From the NCBI RefSeq assembly GCF_006345805.1, contig NC_042998.1:114886001-114950000 (forward strand): 64,000 nt of DNA, given 5' to 3'. The position numbers were made by a program, and so were the translations under genes. This DNA is from Octopus sinensis (taxonomy: Eukaryota). A model generated the notes under the pieces. The model ran no database searches, was not told where the DNA came from, and saw only the letters and a list, made by a program, of their open reading frames with translations. Shown in pieces: positions 52,821-64,000 of the stretch (within the stretch, counting starts at the first letter, position 1; each line of letters opens with the position of its first letter).

Positions 52821-54445
52821 AGAAAACAGATTATCATAAACATGAACACAAGAATGTTATCACACGATAATTTCATCCGGTTATGAACCACTAATATAAC
52901 ACTGTGTTGTATCCACAGCTAGATGAGCTTAGAAATTATACGTTAAATATCACATTTAAAATTTTTTATTTCTAAATTGTAAAAACCAAACTTAGAAAAT
53001 TTATAATATTTTTATAAAACACATACCCTGAATACGTATGAATATTTTCCTCGCTAAAAATAAAACAATAAACTGTATGTGAAGGAACAAACGTGGTCAT
53101 GCATTTAAGAGTTTAAAACAACCACGTCTGATTAGATTCCATCACGCTATGGGGAAAATACGGTAGTGTACCAGTGTACCTGTGTACCTTAAAATTGTCA
53201 AGGTTTGTCCAAAAAATACCTTGTATTTAGAATTCGGTATATATCAGTGTGTGGCTGTGTTGTTGCTGTTTATATTGTGATCTCTAAACGCTTTATAACT
53301 AGGCAATGCGATCAAACTAGTACGATAAATCAAAACTACACTGAAATAAATACTGTAACTGATATCGAATGAAACTCCCGGTGGCCCAGGATTGCAACAG
53401 TTCACCGACATAAATCAATAAAAGAATAAAAGACATATTTATAAAAGAGGGCAACATCAAGAAAGTCTCCAACTATACATCCATAATTATATAAGCGACC
53501 ATATATAGCATCAGTAAAGCAATGAGGAGTTCTTCATCATGAAAAGGAAATATTTAAAGCTTACCATAGTATAACAAAGCCTCATAAAATAGTGGTTTCA
53601 AAGATAATTTGATGTGCATGGATACATGAAACATAAAAGTATCAAACGTAGGATCTGAAAGATATTAAGTTATTACTCTCATATATACCCTTAACTCCAA
53701 GGAGAGTAGGATGACTTTTGACACTGATGATTACATAAATCTTCGTTCAACACATGACATAAAATATTCAAAACAAATTCTATAAATTTGCATTCTGGCT
53801 AGAATAACATAGAAAAGAAATATCTACTCGCAGCATAAAATGTTACAGTGCTACACAATCACAAATTAGCGATAGACTAAACTGCTTAATTAACGAAAAA
53901 TGTCCATTGTATGTGCTGGTGTATAGAGCTGATACCTGAATAGCAGACTGAATCAGTATGTGTGTGTGAGTGTGCCTATATCCAGACATATCCAACTAAG
54001 TGCGTATACACAATAAAATAAGGCTATATGTACGTATACTCGATTTGTAATAGATAGTTTATTAATTTCTTTGTGCTCATATCTCATTATATTGTGTACG
54101 GTTTTAGGTATTTATATAACCCATTTTAGGAAGATACTACCAAACAGTGATGTGGTTCTTCTGCTATTCTAACGATGTGAAGAATTCGGTTTATGGCTGT
54201 CATTGACAATATTAGACGACATATTAAATACTCATTCAACTAATTTAGCTATTTAGCAATTAATCATTGATTTTAATTTAAATTGAAATCTCATTCCTGT
54301 CTATAATTCTACCACAGGAATTATAGTCTTTCTTTGCTAATAATCGCATACTGATTTTCTCTCTCTCATTATTATTATTATTATTATATTATTATTATTA
54401 TTATTATTATTATCATTATTATTATTATCATCATCATCATCATCG

Positions 54446-54476
<31 letters not shown>

Positions 54477-54477
54477 T

Positions 54478-54900
54478 ATAACGTCGGTGAGATGGCAGAA
54501 TCATTACCACGCCAAACAAAGCGTTTAGTGTCATTTCATCCGTCTTTACGTTTGGAGTGTAAATTCTACGCAGTTCAACTTTGCCTTTCATCCATCCGGG
54601 GTCGATGAATAAGTACCAGTTGATCACTAGGGTTGATGCAATCTGCTTAGTCCTTCCACTTAAATTGGTGGCCTTCTACCAAAATATGAAACTTTTATTA
54701 TAAAAGCAGTGAGCTGGCAGAATCGCTAGGATGCGGACAAATTGCTTAGTGGCATTTGGTTCGACCTGAAGTTCCGAGTTCATATTCGACCGAGCTCGGC
54801 TTCACTTTTCATCCCTTCGGAGTCGATAAAATAAGTACTAGTCGAGTATTCGGGCCGACTGTCTCTCTTCTCTCAAATTTCAGGCCTTGTGCCTATAGTA
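54478..54900 (+). mobile_element. Two tandem SINE family B copies
   Basis: ggtgagatggcagaatc..actttgcctttcatccatccggggtcgatg (54478-54690) and gtgagctggcagaatcg..cacttttcatcccttcggagtcgataaa (54705-54900). Confidence 0.8.
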
Positions 54901-55384
54901 AACATTATCATTATTCTTGTTACAGCTATGATCATTCATACCAGCTTGTATTACACAAAGCAGTAGACGGCTACTAAAAGACTGAATCAAATGTCTATGA
55001 GCATTTACACCTTAGCTACTTGGAGACGTGGGCTGAATTTCAACCACATCGATACCTAAACCGTTCACAGGTATCTTTGTGGGAGAATATTTGGGGACAT
55101 GCATGGGGAAGTTATGGAAACCAAAGGGTCAGGACTTGGGTGTTACCTGATCAGATCAACGCCGCTTCTCAGAGGTGTGTGGTAGTTTTATCACATTTGT
55201 GTTTCTTTATATTCATTTATTTGTCTGTGAGTGTCACAATCTCTTGCATGATATCCCTACCTTGCCTATTGTTTTTCTCTAACTACATGCTATATGCAAA
55301 CTTGAACACATCTGTTTGCAACACCCTTGTTCACATTAAACGCATTATTTTTAACTTGTTAGCAAAATATTAGAATAGGTTTGT

Positions 55385-55790
55385 GTGTAAGAAGATTGCT
55401 CCGTAGCCACATGGTTCTGGGTCCATGCCCATTGCGGGTCATCTTGGGCAAGTGTTCTCTACTATAACTGGCCGACTAAAACCTTGTAAGTAAATTTGGT
55501 AGACGGAAACTGAAAGAAACTCTTCGTATACAGATGATATATGATGTATAATTGCGTGTGTAAGGATGGGTGTTCACCTGTCCTTGTATCTGTGCTTGTC
55601 CCCACCACCGCTTGACAACCAGTGCTAGTGTGTTTACGCCCCCATAGCTTAACGTTTCGGAAAAAATAGGCCGAGAGAATAAGGAACAGGCTTAATAGAG
55701 ATATGTACCGGATTCGCTTCGTCCGACTAAAATGCAAGGTGGTGTCTAGCATGGCCAAAAATTAAATGGCTGAGACAAGTGATAGATAAA
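55385..55790 (+). mobile_element. SINE family A, diverged
   Basis: catcttgggcaagtgttctc..ggtagacggaaactgaaagaaac..cttgacaaccagtgctagtgtgtttacg..ctagcatggcc. Confidence 0.8.
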
Positions 55791-56899
55791 AGTTGTTTTA
55801 GTAGCCTTAATTTTACTTTCTGTACATTATCAGGTGCTGGTCTCTGTACCTTGTTTATATAAGGCGTTTGGTTTAGGGTTTCTGCATTCTATTGTATACA
55901 CAGTAATTTGTGCAATATACGTGTGTTGCCTTGTATTATCTTTGCTATCTTGTACATCTTTATTTCTAAGAATTTGTCTGCATGATTTATAATAATTCCA
56001 AAGTATCTAATATTACAGGCATTCAATCTGCTTTCTCTAGCTACATTCTGCTTATCTCAATATTCTTGTTTTTTTTTATTAGAATAGAGAGAAACATTAT
56101 CATCTGTTTGTGGTAATATTTCGAAGCTACACTCTTCGAATTTATCACAAATTCTTAAGTGATTGTGGGTTGTCTATCTAAAGCAGACAATGAAAGAAAG
56201 AAGTCTCCTGCTGCAGACGCTATAAAGACAATAGAAATAACTGTGTGCAACTACAACAGTATCGGCTACTGCAATAATGAAAATAGCAACCAAAATACCA
56301 CAACAGTTACATCAGCAGCAATCGCAAAAACAGCAGCAGTAGCAGTAACACGAACAACATCATTAATAATAGTAAGAGCAGCAATTATGGAAGCAAATAT
56401 ATTATCAGCTACAAGAGCAAGTGGAAGTACAATGAGAATAACAATTATATGAAAAGCCACGTGAGACCTAAATATTCCCATTTTTACTTCCTCTCCACCA
56501 AATCGCAAAAATATATACACGTATATGTACAAGTATATCTTACTTCTACTTCGACTCAGTACTATCTGATTCAGAGATCGCATCTCGTGACTAACAATCT
56601 GTCACAAGAGGTGGTCTATGAGTGGAAAAAAGAGAATAAACGGCTACACTCAGTAGAAAGCTGAGACGCTGGATGTTGTATCAGAAAATGTATTGACCAA
56701 TAACGCATAAAGAATAGCACAACCAAAATTAGCATCGTAGTAACTATTAAAGCAGCCAATGCCGTAACCAGGTCACTAAAGGAAACTACACAGCCAAAAC
56801 AACGAAGTATGAAAATTGTAAAATAAAACAACAAAAATAGGTGTCAGCAGAGAAAATCGTCCGTTGCCACTTCTTCAAAAGAGAACACAAATATTGCTC

Positions 56900-57705
56900 T
56901 GTCAGATCATTAAATGCAGTCTGTAAGACACAGAGGAAGACAGCTGTTTCAGAGCTCAGGTGACATACCGGGTGAGGGACGTGCTACTCTATGCAAAGTA
57001 GATGTGTGCCGCTTTTCAGTGTGCAGTGTGTCCGGAGTGAGCAATACAGTGGGAATACTAATGGATTTAATGCTAAAGTGTAGGACTCGGAGCAGCTCTC
57101 AGGAGATGTGCTGTGCAACAAAAAACCATTAGCATCAATGGTTGGCAGGGATTGGTTATTCGAAGATTAAATGATCTGGGTTGGATTGATTATTCTACGA
57201 ACTTTACACAAATTTTTCGTAGACATATTGTCAGATGTTTACTGCAAACAGACCATAAAACGGGAGAATTCTGTCAGCCGAGAAGCGAGAGCGCTGCCGA
57301 AGATGAAGCAATTGCTAACTTCTGTTCCATAGTTCTGTTGAATGTAGAAATTAAGATTTTAACCGAGTTGTCAGGAATTAGGTTGGCTCTTAATTATGGC
57401 TACGGCAGTTTGCTCATGAATGCGCAGATTTGTGCAATTCGCAGCAGATCAATTCAGAACAATGTTCTCTTCATTAAAGAGGGGATAGTCGGCAAATCTA
57501 GCTTTGTTGATGAGTCGGATCTACTCGAATCAATCAAAATCATTTTAAAGAACCGATCATCGCTACTTCACCGCTTCCTTCAAGGCAATGGGTTTAGTTT
57601 AAGTTTTCAGGGACAGTATAGCTTCATTTTATTAAGCGATCTTCTCAATGTTCAAAGTAATGGGCCACTTATATGAATTATTTCGAATCATGCTCTCAGA
57701 TTCAC
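56900..57705 (+). pseudogene. Tx1/L1-clade LINE RT N-terminal fragment
   Basis: ORF 57113-57676 reads NFCSIVLLNVEIKILT..RLAL..QICAIRSRSIQNN..GFSLSFQG..VQSNG, matching early L1/Tx1 RT motifs (RPITLLN..KIL, SIQDN, VNG). Confidence 0.75.
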
Positions 57706-58330
57706 TACGCCATCTTTGATAATGGACAGACAGGCGTTTAGGCTCCTATATCTACATAGCTTTCTTTTACAAGGTGGAGGTATGGTCGACTTTTCTGAAA
57801 CACGTATTTTGTCATGAAGTTTCTTTAACGAAGTTGTAATAACGGGTCCAGCGAAGGCTAGGTATTCCACTTTAGCGTTCTATAAAGTTTTAGTTGTGAA
57901 ATAGACGTTCACGGAGACACCCAGGGCATCCACAAGTATCAAGTCGTTGGTCCGTTCTGGAAGAAAACTAAGGGTTAAAAATGAAGAATGGAGATTCCTA
58001 CATTCCCCATAATACTACTTGTAGCATGCGGTGCGACCAGTTTGAGAGAAAGCTACTGGTATGGAAGGGCAGTTAGTTGACTCTGCTAACATTCTAAGGA
58101 GTTTGCCCAACTCTTTAGAAAGTGATGAAACAATACTGCACGCACGTGTCTAGTGATTGAGCACTACTGAACTGTGTAGTTTTACAAGAGTTGTTTCGCG
58201 GATTTGGCTTATCGGCTGAGACCATCATAAAAGTATTCTTGCCACCTCGTTTTGGTCTGGAGAGATAAGCAGTTTTCTCTGGTCACATTGTTTCTGATTT
58301 TGAGTTTTCATTTAATTCTCATCCAGTTCA
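57706..58330 (-). pseudogene. Probable Tx1/L1-clade LINE C-terminal fragment, opposite orientation
   Basis: Degraded minus-strand coding-like sequence abutting the RT fragment; pieces resemble the L1/Tx1 C-terminal Cys/His region and terminal KIRV segment. Confidence 0.45.
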
Positions 58331-59248
58331 AAAGTACATCCATCCATTGGGTGTGTAAGGTCTCTAGTCTCAGGATAACTTTTTTTCTTTTCATTCCAGT
58401 AGACAGAGAGATCCTGAAATAGTTCGCGGACATTGCTGCTCTTCCTCCGCTGACGAAGCTTTTCAGAAACGGAAAGAGGAAATTACTTTCAAACAGAAAT
58501 CGAACATGGAATCTAGGATCTTAGTTTTGTATTTTCACCGGAAGCTTATATCACGAATGCTACAACCATTTTCCCCTATGTCTATGCAAGACAATATTAT
58601 TAGCATTATTATTTACTATTTGAAACATAATGCTTCCTCCAAAAAGTGAATTAAGTGTTATTTATAAGCCACATCATACTCGTTGTCAAAGTATGTTTCT
58701 GAATCATATTACAATTTCTTTTGCAGTAATAACGACACCTTGCAAGTTTCACATAACTAATGCTGACAGCTTTTCAAATTATATTTCAACATCAGCATTG
58801 ATTATATTTATTTGCTTATTGATTTGCTGTTTTATATTTAGTTTTATTTTAATCTATTTTACTTCATTTTTCTACAAAACTGTAGCAAATTGTAATTCAC
58901 AAATACATTCATATACTCTCACCACCCATTCTTATCTCTGTCTTTTGAGATCTTTATTTTATGTACTTCTTTCTTTTTTCCCTCTTTCTCTCTCAATTTC
59001 TCATCCCCCTCTCTCTCTCTACTGTTCTCTTTGTATTTTTCTCTTAGTCTTTTTCTCCCGTACATATTTCATACACTTATGTATTCTTTGCCATCCTATC
59101 TTTCTAACTCTTTCATTTGTACACACACATCTAGGCATAACTTTAAAGGTAGGTACTCACGTATACATACAACCTTGTTTTCGCCAATCTCTCACACACA
59201 TATGCATACATACATACATACATACATATATATATTTACGTATATACA

Positions 59249-59306
<58 letters not shown>

Positions 59307-59568
59307 GCATATACTTATATATAACATATACACGTATCTATACATATATATATTCATACATATATATATCTTCATACAGACATGTTTGTATGCATGTATT
59401 ATGTATGTATACGTGTATATAATATCGAAAATAGGGTGACATACAAGAGTATGGAAAAATCTCCATGCAAAAAGAAAAAGCAGTTATTTGAACTTATCTC
59501 TGTATGCATGAAAATATATAAATACACAAATACACACGCACAGGTGCTTATATATTATATATTTATAT

Positions 59569-59621
<53 letters not shown>

Positions 59622-59704
59622 TATATATATGTATGTATGTATATATGCATATATATATATATACGTATATATACATACATATATATATATATATATGCAT
59701 ATAT

Positions 59705-59777
<73 letters not shown>

Positions 59778-60417
59778 CACGTATATATATATATTCCCCT
59801 CCTTCCCTCTTTAACTTTTGGTTTTAATACATTCTCTCCCTCTCTCCTTCTCTCTGTTTCATATTCTCCTCCTGTCTTCTATGTTCTCTTTCCTTAGACG
59901 TGGCTTATATCCGTATATCCATATACTTCCCAATATTCTTCCTCTCTCTTAAAACCGAATTTTCAATCCCTGCTCTCTCCCCCACTCTATCTTTTCTTCT
60001 GTGTTTGCCTAGATTTCTCTCCTTCTATTAATCTCCCACTTTTTGTCTATCAATGTCACTTTACTTCACTCTCTTTCACAAAATTGTCCATTCTCCTTGC
60101 TCACAATTACTCAACGTTGTTCGATTGTTTTCCCTAAATATTTTACACACAAGCATCTAGCATACATACACACACTCAGAAGCACCTGCAGTCTCCCTCC
60201 TTCCATCCTAACTTACATATATTTCACTCCCTTCATTCATGCTATGTATCTCAAAGTATTTACATGTTTATTTGTTGATATTTTAAAAAATATATAATTT
60301 TCTTTATTTCTGTCTTCCATTTATTTCCCTTTCTTTGCTACTTCTGTTTCGCTATAACTTCATATCTGATATTTGCTTTTACGGAAAAGAGTAACGAATG
60401 TTAGCGCACCACATTTG

Positions 60418-60463
<46 letters not shown>

Positions 60464-60513
60464 TATGTATGTATGTTTGTATGTAGACACAGGCACATAC
60501 ACACGTATACATA

Positions 60514-60546
<33 letters not shown>

Positions 60547-61156
60547 CACACACACACACACATATATATATATACAGATATACATATTTATACATAGATA
60601 CATATATATATATACGTATGTGTATTCACAAGTGGAGTTATGTACATTAGATCGACCCGTTAAATGACGTGGACATATATTATGGTTGACAAACCACGCT
60701 GGGTAACATTTTTCGAGAATTTTTTATGTAATAGAAACAAAAGATAAAAATAATAAACACTGCAAGGATAGAACGCATTCTTTAAAATGTCGAACAGAAA
60801 TAGCTATTAAGATAGTTCGTATTGTAAAACGAGATACTTATTTTGATATTTTAAGAATTCTATAAAGTTTAAAAAACATCGTTGATTTACTAGAAGAAAT
60901 ATATTAATTTTAGGCGCGAGAAATGGACCATGTAAAAAGAGAACGCATTATTGATGTTTTGTATTATTGTAAAATTTGATTAATGTAATTGGCTTTCAAT
61001 ATTGGCAGCAGAGAATCAAAGCTATGAAAGCAAATTAATTTTTTAAAAAGGGTGTTTCTTTTTTTATATAACGTTAGTCGAGTTCCCATGTTGCCATATG
61101 CAATTACAAATTCCCATAGATTGGAATTAATAATTATATAAATAAAGAATTATATG

Positions 61157-61214
<58 letters not shown>

Positions 61215-61478
61215 AAAATAGTACGGGTGAAAAATTGAATATTAATTTTATTAATATCAATTTAAAACCAGTGATCTATCATATAGAAAAATCTGAAGAT
61301 TGAGAAAAATTATATTACATACATATAAGAAGGATGACCACTAAGTGGACTTCCATTATACTAGAAGTCGACTCCTTATGGTCTTACCACATCAGAAAGG
61401 AATGTTCTCAAAAAACTTTACCAAACGCCAGAACGTAAGCGAGCAAGACAAATGAAAAGATACAAAATATACAGATTA

Positions 61479-61549
61479 ATCACAAACCAGTTTCGTTGTT
61501 TGCACTTACGTAATCACTTACGTAGATGTCCGCAACTCGTCAGTGTGAT
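61479..61549 (-). ncRNA. Minimal hammerhead, intact core, extended loop 2
   Basis: Minus strand ATCACA-CTGACGA-GTTG..TACGTAA(GTGA)TTACGTA..CAAC-GAAAC-TG-GTT/TGTGAT. Confidence 0.8.
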
Positions 61550-61884
61550 CGTTATAGAAAAATTTAATTTGCAGAACTATACACGAGACGTCCGCATGAG
61601 ATTGAACATGTATATAGTTCTACCAATTACATTTGGGGATATATTTCAAAAGTCTTCGTTTTGGCGCGCCAAAATAACGGAAATAATTCTGCAGAAATAA
61701 ATTCTCTGAAGTGAATTTTGCCAGTTAGAGAACATAGCTATTTAAATTTAAATTTAAGATAATAAGGGTGAAAAATTAAATATTAATTTGATTAATATCC
61801 ATTTAAAACCAGTGATCTAGCATATAGAAAAATCTCATGCGGACGTCTCGTGTATAGTTCTGCGAATTATATTTTGCTATGATG

Positions 61885-61924
61885 ATCACACTGACGAGTG
61901 GTAACAACGAAACTGGTTTGTGAT
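61885..61924 (+). ncRNA. Minimal hammerhead, intact core, short stem II
   Basis: ATCACA-CTGACGA-GTGG(TAA)CAAC-GAAAC-TG-GTT/TGTGAT; one G.A mismatch in stem II. Confidence 0.8.
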
Positions 61925-62399
61925 TAATCTGTATATTTTGTATCTTTTCATTTGTCTTGCTCGCTTACGTTCAGGTGTTTGGTAAATTTTTTGAGAACAT
62001 TCCTTTCTTAGGTGGTAAGACCATAGAGTGTCGACATCTAGCATAATGGATGTCCACTTAGTGTTCATCCTTCTTATACGTATGCATATATATATATACT
62101 GTTGTGTCCAGGGAGAGTTATTTTCTTTTTGTGCCTTATAATTTACTTTATTCTTTATTTTACTAGAAGTAATAGCATGTCTTATACTTTTACAAGTGTA
62201 ATAACTTGTCCTGTACTCTTTTAGGTTTATAATCTTAAGAATATAATTTTTCATGCTCGCACTTTTCCATGTAATTATAATTTGTTAAACATCTATATTA
62301 TATTTTATAGACAGTTACAATTTTGTTTTTTCTATAAACTTAGATATGTTTCGGCCGAAAATTGGACCAGTACGTATCTAACCTGATAACATCACCTAA

Positions 62400-64000
62400 A
62401 AGGATATGTTAAGCCATTTTAATGTCAAATATTGTGATATCATAGCTCATTTCAGTAGACAGTTATTGTTGATCGAAATCTATCCAGGTATATTTGATCA
62501 TCTGGTGTCCCTTCAGGAAATTTGTCCAGATATTGTTCAAAGGCGATGAGATCTTTTTCTCTTTTGATTTGTTTTGGGATAAATATTAAAAAGAGCCGAG
62601 TCTGTTGAGGTATTTGTGTTGTGAGCCTGAAGTGTGAAAGGGGATTATCCCACGTGATATCAGTCTTGAATAAATTCTAATGTTGATGTTAATGTCGCTT
62701 GGACAATACTAGTGGTATATTCCCTACATAATACAAATGATGTAGCGCTGACTGTGGCACTGGAGAGAATAAAGAATCATTGTTTTAAGGCATTCCCAAT
62801 AATCAAGATGAGTTGCGCCTATTAATTTTAATGATTGCTCTCTAGAGTGACTTAATTTTCATAATGTTTTGCTCGGTATGGAGAGAACACATGGTGCAGC
62901 ATTATTCTCGGTATGGCCGTACAAAAGAGGAGAAAGATGAAATGATGGGATCTTGCACTCTGGGCTGAAAAAAAGTGATGATCCAAGAGCTCATTCTTGG
63001 AACTTTATCAATTTATTATTGATGTGAGTGCACCAGCTGTAACTGATCTCATTAATTACAAGTCTCTGATATATTGAATGCTTTGAATAGTTCTCCCGAA
63101 GAAAAGGAATATGGCTGTTTGAGTGTATTCTCTTTTCTAATGTGCATGAGTTCAAATTTTCCCTAATTTGGCTGCATATTGTTTCTGTCTGACCACAGAC
63201 CTGTACTTTAAACTGGAATTTTGTTCGGTGTTCTTCACTGATAGGTTTGTTAAGCTTAAAATCGTCTGCGAATATTTTTATTTTGCTATGTTTGCTGATA
63301 TTTAAGTTGTTTATATAGGCTATGAAAAGTGGAGAGGCCAAGGCAGTCCTTCGCGAAAACCCAGTGATGACTTTTGTTCTGTTTGAGACGATTTCATCGA
63401 TTGCATCCTGTTGGGTTCTGTTCACCAGGAAAAATTCTTTCTAGTATAGCATTTTACCACGGAATCCAAGAGAGTATCGCTGTCAAAAGCTTCCCTGAAG
63501 TCAAGATATATAACGTCAGTGTTTGATCCCTCTTCCAAAACTTATTGATATCATCAATGTGATGTTGAAGTGGTGTTATGCAATCAACATTGCAATACAA
63601 GACTTGCTTGTTGTAATTTAGGAGATTGCTACCCTCCAGGTAGCCAATTATCCTTAATCTCACTAACCTTTCAAACACTTTGATGGTTTTGGCGATAGTT
63701 AACTGCAAAAGACGTGTCCCCTTTTTGAAGACTAAGATGAAATTGGGATAAAATGTGGTTCGCTATACAACCAAAGTTTAAGATTTTCTCCAAGCTGGTG
63801 CCTGTATTCCTTCAAGACAATATCAGGTAATGTATCGAGGCTTATTGCAGAATAATGTTTGGGTTCAGTTATTACAATAATAATGTCTAAGGCAATGAAA
63901 TTTAAATCATTGACAATATGTTGGAGGATTGAATTAGTTGAAATATCTTGTCAGTAGCAGTTGGACCCCTAAAAATAGAGCAAAAGTGTTTCCGCTGAAT
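62400..64000 (-). pseudogene. CR1-clade LINE, RT domain to 3' end (disrupted, runs off the window)
   Basis: ORFs 63454-63708 (IKVFERLVRLRIIGYLEGSNLL) and 62991-63425 (SPLFIAYINNL..KIKIFADDFKL) give RT motifs including FADD; the 3' tail matches 48650-48830. Confidence 0.88.

Larger units (their letters stand above)
61318..62084. repeat. Long inverted repeat (arms 61318-61603 and 61831-62084) plus a 70-bp direct repeat (61225-61294, 61766-61835); PLE-type terminal repeat
   Basis: The arms are reverse complements apart from scattered substitutions and a ~31-nt indel; each arm carries a hammerhead. Confidence 0.92.

Noticed and set aside
58440-58500. CTGACGA-AGCTTTTC..GAAA motif
   Set aside because: The base of stem II does not pair and there is no cleavage triplet with a stem I partner.
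58630-59439. 269-aa plus-strand ORF
   Set aside because: A pyrimidine-rich low-complexity tract plus (TA)n; hydrophobic by composition only.

Overview
Eukaryotic, strongly AT-rich, microsatellite-saturated intronic/intergenic DNA. The SINE families and repeat landscape look like an Octopus (coleoid cephalopod) genome; this is recognition from memory, not a database result. There is no intact protein-coding gene, and most ORF-track entries are translated microsatellites. The supportable content is (i) two abundant tRNA-headed SINE families, some nested or tandem; (ii) decayed remnants of Penelope-like (GIY-YIG), RTE, CR1 (two), Tx1/L1-clade and Dong/R4 retroelements, a mariner transposase and MITEs; (iii) a few weak candidate exons, the best being a possible first coding exon on the minus strand at 39704-39874 with a nearby CCAAT box. 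The most striking signal, read by hand, is nine sequence-diverse minimal type I hammerhead ribozyme motifs of the Penelope-associated kind. One has a fully intact core and a GUA site (35024-35112). Several carry structured insertions in loop 2, and two face each other in a ~250-290 bp inverted repeat (61318-62084). Other signals are several fold-back hairpins and a pair of hairpins with an identical 12-nt loop but different stems (26848-27465).
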